Below the pieces are notes generated by a model. The model had not been told where the DNA came from and made no database searches. It was given only the letters and a program-made list of their open reading frames with translations. 64,000 nucleotides of DNA from an uncultured Gemmatimonadota bacterium (GTDB taxonomy: Bacteria; Gemmatimonadota; Gemmatimonadetes; Palauibacterales; Palauibacteraceae). Where the stretch lies: contig CAZTGV010000002.1 in assembly GCA_964613475.1 (NCBI GenBank), positions 14,453-78,452 of the forward strand, given 5' to 3'. Shown here one piece after another: positions 49,314 to 59,737 of the stretch. Each line of letters starts with the position of its first letter. Positions within the stretch are counted from its first letter, which is position 1. The position numbers and the translations under genes were made by a program.

Positions 49314-50455
49314 GCCGACCCCCCCTCCGCTCCCCGCTCCACGGCGGTGCGCACCGCCCGGTCCATGTCCACCATCGCCTCGAAGCCGTGCGCCTCGAGG
49401 ATCTCCAGCGCCTCCTCCTCGTTGGTGCCGGTGAGCCGGATGGTGAGCGGCACCCCCAGGTCGATGCGGCCGGCGGCCTCCACGATGCCGTTCGCCACGT
49501 CGTCGCACCGGGTGATGCCGCCGAAGATGTTGAACAGGATGGAGCGGACGCCCGGGTCGGCGGTGATGATCTCGAGCGCGGCGACCACCTTGTCGGGGCT
49601 GGAAGACCCCCCGATGTCGAGGAAGTTGGCAGGCTCGCCGCCGTAGTACTTGACGAGGTCCATGGTGGCCATGGCCAGGCCCGCCCCGTTCACGCAGCAG
49701 CCGACCGTCCCCTCCAGCTTGATGTAGCTGAGCCCCGCCTCGCGCGCCCGCCGCTCGGAGGCGGCCTCGGCCTCCTCGTCGCGGAGCGCGGCCACCTCCG
49801 GGAGGCGGAAGAGCGCGCTGTCGTCGATGTTCATCTTCGCGTCGATGGCGAGCACGTCGCCCCCGTCCGTGACCACCAGCGGGTTCACTTCGGCGAGGGT
49901 GCAGCCGGCGGCGCGGTAGGCGGCGTACAGCCGGCCGATGATCCGGGCCGCCGCCTTCGCCTGCCCGGGCTCGTCGTACAGCCGGTAGGCCAAACGCGCC
50001 GCCTGGTGCGGGAGGAGGCCGTAGCGGGGGTCCACCTTCTCGCGGTGGATCGCCTCCGGTTTGGTGGCCGCCACCTCCTCGATGTCCACCCCGCCTTCCG
50101 CCGAGCCGACGACCACGTCGGCGCGCGCCACCCGGTCCATCACCACGCCAAGGTACGCCTCCGAGGCGATCTCGACCGCCGGGGCGACGAGCACCCGTCG
50201 GACCGCCAGCCCCTTGATCTCCATGCCGAGGATGGCGGCGGCCGCCTCGCGCGCCGCCTCCGGGTCGTCGGCCAGCTTCACGCCGCCCGCCTTGCCCCGG
50301 CCCCCCGCGTGGACCTGCGCCTTCACGACCACCGGGCCCCCGAACCGCTCCGCCGCCCGGGCGGCCTCCTCCGGCGCCTCCACCACCGCCTCCTCGGGCA
50401 CCGGCACCCCGTGGCTCCGCAGGATCCCGCGCGCCTGGTGTTCGTGGATGTTCAT
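49310..50455 (-). CDS. sucC: Succinate--CoA ligase subunit beta
   Basis: ATP-grasp N-terminal domain, C-terminal CoA-ligase domain ([15 protein letters not shown]), 381 aa. Confidence 0.9.
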   Translation of the reverse strand: MNIHEHQARGILRSHGVPVPEEAVVEAPEEAARAAERFGGPVVVKAQVHAGGRGKAGGVKLADDPEAAREAAAAILGMEIKGLAVRRVLVAPAVEIASEAYLGVVMDRVARADVVVGSAEGGVDIEEVAATKPEAIHREKVDPRYGLLPHQAARLAYRLYDEPGQAKAAARIIGRLYAAYRAAGCTLAEVNPLVVTDGGDVLAIDAKMNIDDSALFRLPEVAALRDEEAEAASERRAREAGLSYIKLEGTVGCCVNGAGLAMATMDLVKYYGGEPANFLDIGGSSSPDKVVAALEIITADPGVRSILFNIFGGITRCDDVANGIVEAAGRIDLGVPLTIRLTGTNEEEALEILEAHGFEAMVDMDRAVRTAVERGAEGGSA

Positions 50456-50527
50456 GATCTCCCCGCGCTTCCGTTTCCGCCCTCGCCGGCCCTCACCGGA
50501 CGACCGCCGGCCGCGCCGCCCGGACCC

Positions 50528-51469
50528 TCAGCGGACGATCACCGTCCCGGCGTCGCCGTCCACGGCCGGCGCGGCATCCGGCAGGGCCGCGATCACCGCC
50601 CGCTCGCCCCCGGCCTCCACGAACTGGAGCGCGGCGCGCACCTTCGGCCTCATGGAGCCCTCGCCGAGCTCGCCCCCCCGGAGCAGCTCCCGCGCCTCGC
50701 GTGTCGAGAGCCGCCGGAGCAGCCGCGCCTCCGGGGTGCCGTAGCGCTCGAACACCCCCGCCACGTCGGTGAGGATGAGGAGCACCGAGGCGCCGATCTC
50801 CCGCGCGAGGAGGGCGGCCGCCAAATCCTTGTCGACCACCGCGTCCACTCCTTCCAGCCCGAGCCGCGCGTCCCGGTAGACGGGCGAGCCGCCGCCCCCG
50901 GCGGCCACCACCACCTCGCCCTCCTCCACCAGGCGCGCGATCACCGGCGCCTCCACCACCTGCCGCGGCTCGGGGCTGGGCACCCGGCGCCGGAGCCGGC
51001 CCTGGTCGTCGGCCTCGACGCGCGCCCCGGCCCGCCGCAGGCGCTCGGCGGTGGACTCGTCCAGCGCCCGGCCGATGAACTTCCGAGGCGCGTGGCTGCC
51101 GGCCGCCTCCGGGTCCACCACCACCTGGGTGATCACGGTCACCACCCCGCGCGCCGAGCCCTGCCGGGCGAGCGCGTTCTGGAGCGACTGCTGGATCATG
51201 TAGCCGATCCAGCCGGCCGTGGAGGCGACCAGCACCCCCAGGGGCAGCTCGTCCACCACGTCGCGGGCGCGCTCGTTCCGCACCAGCTCGTCGCCCACCT
51301 GCGGCCCGTTCCCGTGGACGATGGCCACGTTCCAGCCGCGGGCGACGAAGTCGACGATCGGCGCCAGGCTCTCGCGGGTGTGGCGGAACTGGTTCGCCAC
51401 CGCCGCGGGCTCCCCAGCCGGCGAGAGCGCGTTGCCCCCGATCGCGACCACCGCCGTGCGCCGCGCCAC
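50528..51469 (-). CDS. arcC: Carbamate kinase
   Basis: Amino-acid kinase family with carbamate kinase signatures (VVAIGGNAL, IVHGNGPQVG), 313 aa. Confidence 0.85.
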   Translation of the reverse strand: MARRTAVVAIGGNALSPAGEPAAVANQFRHTRESLAPIVDFVARGWNVAIVHGNGPQVGDELVRNERARDVVDELPLGVLVASTAGWIGYMIQQSLQNALARQGSARGVVTVITQVVVDPEAAGSHAPRKFIGRALDESTAERLRRAGARVEADDQGRLRRRVPSPEPRQVVEAPVIARLVEEGEVVVAAGGGGSPVYRDARLGLEGVDAVVDKDLAAALLAREIGASVLLILTDVAGVFERYGTPEARLLRRLSTREARELLRGGELGEGSMRPKVRAALQFVEAGGERAVIAALPDAAPAVDGDAGTVIVR

Positions 51470-51478
51470 GGCGGGCGC

Positions 51479-52849
51479 TCACGCCGCTCCGGGGAAGGCG
51501 ATCCCCTCGGAGGCCAGGAAGTCGGCGACCTCCGCCCGGATCTCGGCCAGCCGCGCCTCGCTCCGGGCCTCGATCCGGACCACCACGACCGGCTGCGTGT
51601 TGCTGGCCCGGATCAAGGCCCAGCCGCCGTCGAACAGGACGCGGGCGCCATCGATGTCGATCACCTCGTGCGTGCGGCGGTAGTGCGCCACCGCCCGCTC
51701 CACCACCCCGAACTTGCGGTCCTCGGGGCAGTCGAGCCGCAGCTCGGGGGTGGACGGGTAGGACGGAATCTCCGCCGTCAGCTCCGACAGGGGTCGTCCG
51801 CGCCGCGCCACCAGGGCCGCCAGCCGCGCCGCCGCGTAGATCGCGTCGTCCGTCCCGTACCAGCGGTCGCCGAAGCAGATGTGCCCGCTCATCTCGCCCG
51901 CGATCGGCGCGTCGGTCTCCCGCATGCGTTCCTTGATCAGCGAGTGCCCGGTCTTCCACATCACCGGCCTCCCGCCCACCGCCTCGATCGCCTCGGGGAG
52001 CGCCTGCGAGCACTTCACGTCGAAGATCACCTCGGCCCCCGGCCGCTCGCTGAGCACGTCGAGGGCGAACAGGAGGAGCAGGTGGTCGCCCCGCACGATC
52101 TCGCCCCGGTCGGTCACCGCGCCGATCCGGTCCGCGTCGCCGTCCAACCCGACCCCGAAGTCGGCCCCGGTCTCCCGCACCCGGGCGATCAGGTCGCGCA
52201 GGTTCTCGTCGACCGTGGGGTCGGGATGATGGTTCGGGAAGGTGCCGTCCGACTCGCAGTAGAGCGGATCCACCCGGGCGCCGGCCGCCTCCAGCGCCTG
52301 CACCGCGACCACGCTCCCGGCGCCGTTCCCGCAGTCCAGGACCAGGCGGACCGCGCCCCCGACCGGCGAGCGGGCGGCGATCTCGGCCGCGTAGCGCTCC
52401 AGGACCTCGATCCGCTCCGTCTCCGCGGCCCCGTCCGCGTACCGCTCGGCGCGGATCGTCTCGCGCAGGGCGCGGATCTCGTCCCCGTAGATCGCCCGGC
52501 CGTCCCGGACGAGCTTGAGCCCGTTGTACTCCGGTGGGTTGTGCGATCCGGTGATCTGGATGCCGCCGTCCGCCTCCCGCTCGAGCGCCGCGAAGTAGAG
52601 CGCCGGGGTCGGCACGGTTCCGGCGAGCAGCGCCCGCACGCCCGCGGCGTTCAGGCCGCGACAGGTGGCCGCCGCCAGCTCCGGCGAGCTCGGGCGGTTG
52701 TCGTGCCCGACGACCACCACGGGGGCGGTCCGGTCGGCCAGCCCGCTCCCGAACGCGCGGCCCACCGCCTCCGCGATCTCGGCGGACAGGTCCTCCCCGA
52801 CGATCCCGCGGATGTCGTACTCGCGGAAGATCCCGGCGGACACGTTCAT
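51479..52849 (-). CDS. Phosphomannomutase/phosphoglucomutase
   Basis: Active-site TGSHNP, Mg loop GLDGDADR, sugar-binding GEMSGH; 456 aa. [15 protein letters not shown] at 52849 overlaps nuoN stop. Confidence 0.85.
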   Translation of the reverse strand: MNVSAGIFREYDIRGIVGEDLSAEIAEAVGRAFGSGLADRTAPVVVVGHDNRPSSPELAAATCRGLNAAGVRALLAGTVPTPALYFAALEREADGGIQITGSHNPPEYNGLKLVRDGRAIYGDEIRALRETIRAERYADGAAETERIEVLERYAAEIAARSPVGGAVRLVLDCGNGAGSVVAVQALEAAGARVDPLYCESDGTFPNHHPDPTVDENLRDLIARVRETGADFGVGLDGDADRIGAVTDRGEIVRGDHLLLLFALDVLSERPGAEVIFDVKCSQALPEAIEAVGGRPVMWKTGHSLIKERMRETDAPIAGEMSGHICFGDRWYGTDDAIYAAARLAALVARRGRPLSELTAEIPSYPSTPELRLDCPEDRKFGVVERAVAHYRRTHEVIDIDGARVLFDGGWALIRASNTQPVVVVRIEARSEARLAEIRAEVADFLASEGIAFPGAA

Positions 52850-54564
52850 CGGCTTCCTCCCGCTTCGGCCTCGCCTCCATCGGGAACGGCCGCCGCGGCC
52901 GCCCCGGCCCGCGCCGCGGGGCCTGCGGGGGCGTCGTCGGCCCGAGCGGCCGGTGCGGCGGCCGGCTCCGGGCCCTCGGCCAGCAACGACGCGCCCGCCC
53001 GCTCCACCCGGTCGATCGCCGGGCCCGGCGCCAGGCCCCCGGCCAGCACCCCGAGCGCGCAGACTCCCGCCGCCAGGCGGAAGGCTCCGCCGGGCGCCAC
53101 GGCGGCCGGACGTTCCCTCTCCGGCGCCTCCGCGGGCGCCTCGTCGAAGTACATCTTCCACGCCACCCGGAAGTAGTAGTAGTACGAGACGAGGCTCGTC
53201 ACGACGAGTACGACCGCCAGCACGGCGAAGCCCGACTCCACGGCCGCGCGGAGCAGGAAGAGCTTCGCCACGAAGCCGCCGGTCGGCGGGAAGCCCGCCA
53301 GCGAGAGCAGGAAGATCAGCATGGCGACCGCCAGGAAGGGGCGGCTCCAGCCGAGGCCCCGGTAGTCGTCCAGCTTGCCCCGGCGCTCGCCCTTCCCGGC
53401 CACGTGGGCGGCGACCGCGAACGCCCCCAGCGTCATAAGCGCGTACACGGCGAGGTAGAAGAGCGCGGCCGCCATCCCGAGCGCGCTTCCCGCCACCACC
53501 CCCACCAGCACGTAGCCGGCGTGGGCCACCGAGGAGTAGGCGAGCATCCGCTTCACGTCGTCCTGCACCAGGGCGATGAGGTTGGGCACGACCATGGTGA
53601 GGACGGCCAGCCACCAGAGGATCGCCTGCCACGCCGATGCCGCGGGGGCCAGGTCCACCACCACGATCCGCAGCAGGGCGGCGAAGGCCGCCGCCTTCAC
53701 CCCGGCCGCCATGTAGCCGGTCACCGGGGCCGGCGCCCCCTCGTACGCGTCCGGCGTCCACATGTGGAACGGCACCGCCGCCACCTTGAAGGCGAAGCCG
53801 ACCAGCAGGAGACCGAGACCGGCCAGCAGGAGCAGGTCCTCGCCGGCCGCGGCGGCGGCGACCGTCTCCGCCACGCGGCCCAGGTGCGTGCTGCCGACCG
53901 CGCCGTACAGGAGCGCGATGCCGTACAGCAGGAAAGCGCTGGCGAACGCGCCGATCAGGAAGTACTTGAGCCCCGCCTCCGAGGAGCGAGCGCGACGGCG
54001 GTCGTACGCCGTGAGGACGTAGACGGCGACCGACATCAGCTCCAGGCCGAGGAAGACCAGGATGAGGTCGCGCGCGGCGACCAGCACCATCATCCCCACG
54101 CTCGCCAGGAGCAGCAGCGAGTGGAACTCGCCGGCCCGGAGGCGCTCCCGCGCCAGATAGTCGAAGGCGAACAGGATGCCGAGCAGCGTGGCGCCGAGCA
54201 CCACGAAGTTCGCCGCCACCCGGAAGCCGTCCAGCGCGACCGCGGCCGCCGGCTCGGCCCCGGACTCCACCCCGAGCAGCCAGCCGTTGGCGAGCCCGGC
54301 CAGGATCGTGAATGCGACGGCCGCGATCCCCGCCCCCCTCCAGCCGAGCGCGCCGCTCCCCTCCCGCGCCGGGGGGGCCGCGCCGTCGGGCGCCGGGCGG
54401 TTCGTTCCGTCAGGCGCCGCGGCGGCGGCGTCCTCCGGCGCCTCCGGCTCCCGGCGCGCGAACGCATCGACCATGAGGATCGCCAAGGCGCCGAGCGCCA
54501 GGATCGTCTCCGGCAGGAGGGCGAGCAGCCAGTCCGTGGCCCCGGTGAAGGCGAGGGTCCTCAT
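52846..54564 (-). CDS. nuoN: NADH-quinone oxidoreductase subunit N (with Ala/Pro-rich C-terminal extension)
   Basis: NuoN/ND2 antiporter-like TM core. Directly follows nuoM. Confidence 0.85.
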   Translation of the reverse strand: MRTLAFTGATDWLLALLPETILALGALAILMVDAFARREPEAPEDAAAAAPDGTNRPAPDGAAPPAREGSGALGWRGAGIAAVAFTILAGLANGWLLGVESGAEPAAAVALDGFRVAANFVVLGATLLGILFAFDYLARERLRAGEFHSLLLLASVGMMVLVAARDLILVFLGLELMSVAVYVLTAYDRRRARSSEAGLKYFLIGAFASAFLLYGIALLYGAVGSTHLGRVAETVAAAAAGEDLLLLAGLGLLLVGFAFKVAAVPFHMWTPDAYEGAPAPVTGYMAAGVKAAAFAALLRIVVVDLAPAASAWQAILWWLAVLTMVVPNLIALVQDDVKRMLAYSSVAHAGYVLVGVVAGSALGMAAALFYLAVYALMTLGAFAVAAHVAGKGERRGKLDDYRGLGWSRPFLAVAMLIFLLSLAGFPPTGGFVAKLFLLRAAVESGFAVLAVVLVVTSLVSYYYYFRVAWKMYFDEAPAEAPERERPAAVAPGGAFRLAAGVCALGVLAGGLAPGPAIDRVERAGASLLAEGPEPAAAPAARADDAPAGPAARAGAAAAAVPDGGEAEAGGSR

Positions 54565-56198
54565 CGGCCGACCGCCGGCGCGAGCGACATCTCCACCGCC
54601 GGGCCGTCCCGCTCGCCTTCCGCCGGGGCGAGCGGCCCGCGCGCCGCCTCGGAGACCGGTGCTACCGGAACTGCCGCGGCCGGCGCCTCCGCCACGGCCC
54701 GCCGCGCCTCGAGCCGCTCGAGCAGCGCGTCCACCGAGGCCGAGGTGCGCGCCAGGAAGGGCCCGGGGAAGACGCCGATCAGGAGGATGAGGGCCAGCGC
54801 GGGCGCCAGCACGGCCCGCTCACGACCGGTGAGGTCGGGGAGCGCCTCGTTCTCCTTCCGGTCGAGCGCGTTGAACACCAGCCGCTGCACCATCGGGAGC
54901 ATGTAGCAGGCGGCGAAGATCACCCCCGTCACCGCGATCGCCGCCACGCCCGGATGGACCCGGAAGACGCCGAGCAGGATGAGGAACTCGCCGACGAAGC
55001 CGTTGGTCCCCGGCAGACCGATCGAGCTCAGCGCGACGACCACCAGGCAGAGCGCGAAGGCGGGCATGGCTCGCGCCAGGCCGCCGAACTCCGCGATCTC
55101 GCGGGTGTGCCGTCGCTCGTACAGCATGCCGATCAGCAGGAAGAGCGCGCCGGTGGAGATCCCGTGGTTCACCATCTGGAGGATCCCGCCCTCCAGCCCC
55201 TGGGTCGTGAGGGCGAACACCCCGATGACCACGAAGCCGAGGTGGGCGATCGACGTGTAGGCGACCAGCTTCTTGGCGTCCGGCTGCACGGCGGCGACCC
55301 ACGCGCCATACAGGATCCCGACCAGCCCCAGGGCGAGCGCCCCGCCCACCACCACCGGGCTGGTCGCCGTCTCCGGAAACAGCGGAAGCGCGAAGCGGAG
55401 AAAGCCGTACACCCCCATCTTGAGCAGCACGCCCGCCAGGATGACCGACCCGGCGGTCGGGGCCTCCACGTGGGCGTCCGGAAGCCAGGTGTGAAGCGGA
55501 AACACCGGTACCTTGATCGCGAAGGCGAGCGCGAAGGCGGCGAACAGCCACCCCTGCAGCCCGCGGGCGATCTCCAGCTCGAGCAGCGCCCGGTAGTCGA
55601 AGGTCACCACGCCGGTGGCCTGGGCATGGAGCCACACGAGGCCGACGATCGCCACCAGCATGAGGAGGGATCCGGCGGCCGTGTAGAGGAAGAACTTGAT
55701 CGCGGAGTAGATCCGGCGCTCGCCCCCCCAGATCCCGATCAGGAAGTACATCGGGATCAGCATGACCTCCCAGAACAGATAGAACAGGAACAGGTCGAGG
55801 GCGACGAACACCCCGAGCATGCCGGTGAGGAGCAGGAGCATCAGCGCGTAGAACGCCTTCTCCCGCCGGCGGATGTAGGAGAAGGACCCCGCCACCGCGA
55901 GCGGCATCATGAACGTGGCGAGCAGGACCATGAGGATCGAGATCCCGTCGATCCCCACGGAGTAGCCGATCCCCCAGGCCTCGATCCAGGGGGCGCGGAC
56001 GAAGTTCTGGAGCTCCGCCGTCCCGGTCCGGAACGTCCAGAAGAGCGGAAGCGACAGGAGGAAGACGAGCAGGCTCGTCGCCAGCGCGACCGCTTTCGCC
56101 CGGCCGGCCGGCACGGCGAGGCAGGCGACGGCCCCGACGACCGGGAGCGCCAGGAGCGCCGTGAGGATCCAGTGCGTGCCGTAGACGGCCTCGATCAT
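54561..56198 (-). CDS. nuoM: NADH-quinone oxidoreductase subunit M
   Basis: ND4 family TM core (WLPDAHVEAPTAGSVILAGVLLKMG). Confidence 0.9.
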   Translation of the reverse strand: MIEAVYGTHWILTALLALPVVGAVACLAVPAGRAKAVALATSLLVFLLSLPLFWTFRTGTAELQNFVRAPWIEAWGIGYSVGIDGISILMVLLATFMMPLAVAGSFSYIRRREKAFYALMLLLLTGMLGVFVALDLFLFYLFWEVMLIPMYFLIGIWGGERRIYSAIKFFLYTAAGSLLMLVAIVGLVWLHAQATGVVTFDYRALLELEIARGLQGWLFAAFALAFAIKVPVFPLHTWLPDAHVEAPTAGSVILAGVLLKMGVYGFLRFALPLFPETATSPVVVGGALALGLVGILYGAWVAAVQPDAKKLVAYTSIAHLGFVVIGVFALTTQGLEGGILQMVNHGISTGALFLLIGMLYERRHTREIAEFGGLARAMPAFALCLVVVALSSIGLPGTNGFVGEFLILLGVFRVHPGVAAIAVTGVIFAACYMLPMVQRLVFNALDRKENEALPDLTGRERAVLAPALALILLIGVFPGPFLARTSASVDALLERLEARRAVAEAPAAAVPVAPVSEAARGPLAPAEGERDGPAVEMSLAPAVGR

Positions 56199-56205
56199 CG
56201 TCCCC

Positions 56206-58323
56206 TCAGAACGCCAGCGCGCCGAGGATCACCAGGGCCCCCACCATGAAGAAGAACACGTACGTGCCGATCCGCCCGCTCTGGAGCTGGCTGCCCATCC
56301 ACCCCACCACCCGGCTCGCCCCGGCGAGCCCGTTCACCGTCCCGTCGATCAGCCGCACGTCCACCACCCGCCAGCAGGCCCGCCACAGCGCGACCAGCGG
56401 CCGGACCACCAGGCGGTCGTAGAGCTCGTCCACGTACCACTTTCGGTAGAGGACGCCCGCCAGGCCGCTCGGCTCCGGCGCCGCGGCGGCCGGCGCCCAT
56501 CGTCGTCGGGAGAGTGCCCGGACCGTCAGGAGAACGGCCAGCACGGCCACCGTGAGGGCGATCCCCGCCCACAGCGCCTCGCCCCCGCCGAGGGGCGCCC
56601 GCTCGGCCGCCACCACCCCCGCGCCGGCGGCGATCGCCGCGGCCGGCTCGAACACCGGCTCCAGCCAGTGATGGAGCGCGTCGACCCCGGGCAGCACCGG
56701 AAGCGCCTCCGGCACCTGCACCCAGCCGCCCGCCAGGGTGAGGGCGGCCAGGGCGATGAGGGGCACGGTCATCACCGGCGGGGCCTCGTGGAGCCCGCCG
56801 CTCCCGTGCGCCCCCGCTCCCCGGCCGACATCCCCGCCGACCTCACCGAAGCTCCGGTTGGCTCCGCCGACCTCCACGAAGCTCCGGTTCTCCCCATGGA
56901 AGGTCATGACCATGAGGCGGGTCATGTACACGGCGGTGAGGACGGCCGTGACCAGCGCCACCGCCCACAGCGCGGGATACCCGTAGGCGCCCGCGTACCA
57001 GAGGATCTCGTCCTTCGAGAAGAAGCCCGCGAAGGGGAACACCCCGGCGATCGCCAGCGTGGCGACCCACATCGTCCCGGCGGTGACCGGCATCCAGCGC
57101 TTCAGCCCGCCGTGGTTCCGCATGTCGTTCGGGTCCCCGTGCCGGCCGGCCGCCTCCCAGGCGTGCTGGACCGCGTGGATGACCGCCCCGGCCCCCAGGA
57201 AGAGGAGCGCCTTGAAGAAGGCGTGGGTCATCAGGTGGAAGATTCCGGCCGTGAAGGCGCCGATCCCCACCGCGAGGAACATGAAGCCGAGCTGGGAGAT
57301 GGTGCTGTAGGCCAGCACCTTCTTGATGTCGAACTGCTGCAGCGCGATGGTCGCGGCCAGCAGGGCCGTGCCCGCCCCGACGGCCGCCACGACCGCCTGG
57401 GAGACCGGCGCCAGGGCGAACAGCAGGCCGGCCCGGGCGACCAGGTAGACCCCGGCGGTCACCATGGTGGCGGCGTGGATCAGCGCCGACACCGGGGTCG
57501 GACCGGCCATCGCGTCGGGCAGCCAGGTGTAGAGCGGGATCTGGGCGGACTTGCCCGCGCAGCCCAGGAAGAGCAGCAGGGTGATCGCGGTCGCCAGGCC
57601 GCCGCCGTACGCAAGCGTCCCGGGGGCGGCCTCGAAGATCGGCACGAAGTCGAGCGTCCCGAAGGCCGTCCACAGGAAGAACATCGCGAGCAGGAAGCCG
57701 GCGTCCCCGATCCGGTTCACGATGAACGCCTTCTTGCCGGCGTCCGCGAAGTCCCGGTTCTCGTACCAGAAGCCGATGAGCAGGTAGGAGCAGAGGCCGA
57801 CCCCCTCCCAGCCGACGAACATCACCGGGAAGTTCGCCCCCAGCACCAGCACGAGCATGAAGAAGACGAACAGGTTCAGGTAGGAGAAGTAGCGCGAATA
57901 GCCCGGGTCCTCGCGCATGTAGCCCACGCTGTAGACGTGGATCAGTCCGCCCACGCCGGTGACGATGGCCGCCATCAGGACCGAGAGCTGGTCGAACTGG
58001 AGGTCCACCCCGACGTCGAGCCCGCCCGAGGCCATCCAGGTCCAGTAGCGGACCACCGAGGGCTCGTGCGGGAACGCCCCCGCCATGACGACGAAGTTCG
58101 CGACCACGATCGCGAAGGCGCCGATCACCGCCGCCGGCCCGACCCAGCTCGCCACCGCCCGTCGGTCCGGCCACAGGAAGGCGCCGAGCCCGTTCACCAG
58201 CGCTCCGAGGAGCGGGAGCAGGAGGATCCAGGCGGGGAGGATCGGCGCGTACCCGTGCGCGGCGGCCTCCGCCTGCGCGAGCGGGACGGCGGCCAGCGGG
58301 CCGAGGACGACGGCGGCGCTCAC
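56206..58323 (-). CDS. nuoL: NADH-quinone oxidoreductase subunit L
   Basis: ND5 family core ([27 protein letters not shown]) plus long C-terminal helix region. GTG at 58323 forms a GTGA overlap with nuoK stop. Confidence 0.85.
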   Translation of the reverse strand: MSAAVVLGPLAAVPLAQAEAAAHGYAPILPAWILLLPLLGALVNGLGAFLWPDRRAVASWVGPAAVIGAFAIVVANFVVMAGAFPHEPSVVRYWTWMASGGLDVGVDLQFDQLSVLMAAIVTGVGGLIHVYSVGYMREDPGYSRYFSYLNLFVFFMLVLVLGANFPVMFVGWEGVGLCSYLLIGFWYENRDFADAGKKAFIVNRIGDAGFLLAMFFLWTAFGTLDFVPIFEAAPGTLAYGGGLATAITLLLFLGCAGKSAQIPLYTWLPDAMAGPTPVSALIHAATMVTAGVYLVARAGLLFALAPVSQAVVAAVGAGTALLAATIALQQFDIKKVLAYSTISQLGFMFLAVGIGAFTAGIFHLMTHAFFKALLFLGAGAVIHAVQHAWEAAGRHGDPNDMRNHGGLKRWMPVTAGTMWVATLAIAGVFPFAGFFSKDEILWYAGAYGYPALWAVALVTAVLTAVYMTRLMVMTFHGENRSFVEVGGANRSFGEVGGDVGRGAGAHGSGGLHEAPPVMTVPLIALAALTLAGGWVQVPEALPVLPGVDALHHWLEPVFEPAAAIAAGAGVVAAERAPLGGGEALWAGIALTVAVLAVLLTVRALSRRRWAPAAAAPEPSGLAGVLYRKWYVDELYDRLVVRPLVALWRACWRVVDVRLIDGTVNGLAGASRVVGWMGSQLQSGRIGTYVFFFMVGALVILGALAF
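56834..56890. repeat. 30-bp tandem duplication inside nuoL (CCGCCGACCTCACCGAAGCTCCGGTT / CCGCCGACCTCCACGAAGCTCCGGTT)
   Basis: Two copies differing by a few nt, encoding NRSFVEVGG / NRSFGEVGG in the C-terminal region of NuoL. Confidence 0.6.
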
Positions 58324-58631
58324 CACCGGAGCAGGTTGAAGCGCTCCAGGTCCACGACCTCGTAATGGCGGAAGATCGCGATGATGATCGCGAGCCCCAC
58401 GGCCGCTTCGGCCGCCGCCACCGACATGGAGAAGAAGACGAGGATCTGCCCCTCCATCCCGTGCAACCGGGAGAAGGTGATCAGCGTGAGGTTCACCGCG
58501 TTGAGCATGAGCTCGACGCACATGAAGACGATGATCGCGTTGCGGCGCAGCAGCACGCCGGCGACCCCGATCGCGAACAGGAGCGCGCTCACCAGGAGCG
58601 CCAGCTCTCCGTGCGCCACCTCGCCGATCAC
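58320..58631 (-). CDS. nuoK: NADH-quinone oxidoreductase subunit K
   Basis: ND4L family, 103 aa, 3 TM. Confidence 0.9.
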   Translation of the reverse strand: MIGEVAHGELALLVSALLFAIGVAGVLLRRNAIIVFMCVELMLNAVNLTLITFSRLHGMEGQILVFFSMSVAAAEAAVGLAIIIAIFRHYEVVDLERFNLLRW

Positions 58632-59152
58632 GGCGACCGCCGCCGCGCCAGGACGATCGTGCCCACCATGGCCACCAGCAGGAGGAGCGCGGTCACCTCG
58701 AAGGCGACCACGTGCTCGGTGAACAGCGGATGGGCGACCGCGCCCACCGCCCCGCGCTCGGCCAGCGCCTCGCGAACCGGACTCGTCTCGGGCACCGCGG
58801 CGCGCGGGCCCTCGCCCCCCAGGAAGGAGCGGGTGACGGTCGCCACCAGCGCGACCGCCACCGCGCCGGCGAGCAGCCGCCCCAGCGGGCCTCGGATGTC
58901 GTCCCAGCGGGCGTGCCCGAGGTTCAGCAGCATGACGACGAACAGGAAGAGCACCATGATGGCGCCGGCGTACAGGATCACCTGCAGCGCCGCGATGAAG
59001 TGGGCGTCCAGGAGGACGAAGAGCCCTGAGAGGGAGAAGAAGACCACGATCAGGAACATCACGCTGGCCACCGGATTGCGGCGCGTGATGACCAGCAGCC
59101 CCCCCAGGACCGCCATGGCGGCGAACAGGAAGAAGAAAAAATCGACGATCAT
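58628..59152 (-). CDS. nuoJ: NADH-quinone oxidoreductase subunit J
   Basis: ND6 family. ATG at 59152 (aa 160 of ORF 58628..59629) overlaps nuoI stop. Confidence 0.85.
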   Translation of the reverse strand: MIVDFFFFLFAAMAVLGGLLVITRRNPVASVMFLIVVFFSLSGLFVLLDAHFIAALQVILYAGAIMVLFLFVVMLLNLGHARWDDIRGPLGRLLAGAVAVALVATVTRSFLGGEGPRAAVPETSPVREALAERGAVGAVAHPLFTEHVVAFEVTALLLLVAMVGTIVLARRRSP

Positions 59153-59646
59153 TCCGACGCCGGGTCCGCCGGATCCCAAAGCGCGGTGAACGGGTGGTCC
59201 TGCTCGCACAACCGTTCCAGGTCGTAGACCCAGCGCTCGCGGGTGTACTCCGAGTTCTCGTAGTGGACGCCCAGGTGGATCGCTTCCACCGGGCACACCT
59301 CCTGACAGTAGCCGCAGAAGATGCAGCGGAACTCGTCGATCTCGTAGACGGCGGCGTAGCGTTCGCCGTTCTCGTCCTCGGCCGGGATCAGCTTGATGCA
59401 GTTCACCGGGCACACGGTCGGGCACAGCCCGCAGGCCACGCACTTGGACCGCCCATCCTCGTGCGTGGCCATCCGGTGCGTGCCACGCGTCCGCGGCGCC
59501 AGCTCCCACTTCTCGTCCGGGTACTGTTGGGTGACCTTGTGGGGGTTCACCAAGTGCTTGAAGGTGACTGCCATACCTTGAAGCGCGGCACGGACGTAGG
59601 AATTCTCCCCCTCCGGCCGGCGCATCCATTTTACATCGCCAGGCAT
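59149..59646 (-). CDS. nuoI: NADH-quinone oxidoreductase subunit I (2x[4Fe-4S])
   Basis: Two CxxCxxCxxxCP ferredoxin motifs ([12 protein letters not shown]; [12 protein letters not shown]). Confidence 0.9.
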   Translation of the reverse strand: MPGDVKWMRRPEGENSYVRAALQGMAVTFKHLVNPHKVTQQYPDEKWELAPRTRGTHRMATHEDGRSKCVACGLCPTVCPVNCIKLIPAEDENGERYAAVYEIDEFRCIFCGYCQEVCPVEAIHLGVHYENSEYTRERWVYDLERLCEQDHPFTALWDPADPASE

Positions 59647-59737
59647 CGACGCCTCTCGTCCGACTCTCGGTTCCAGGCTCCCATCGTTTCGGGCCGCCGG
59701 GCTCCCCCCCGGCCCCGACCGCTCCCGCCCGCCCGCC

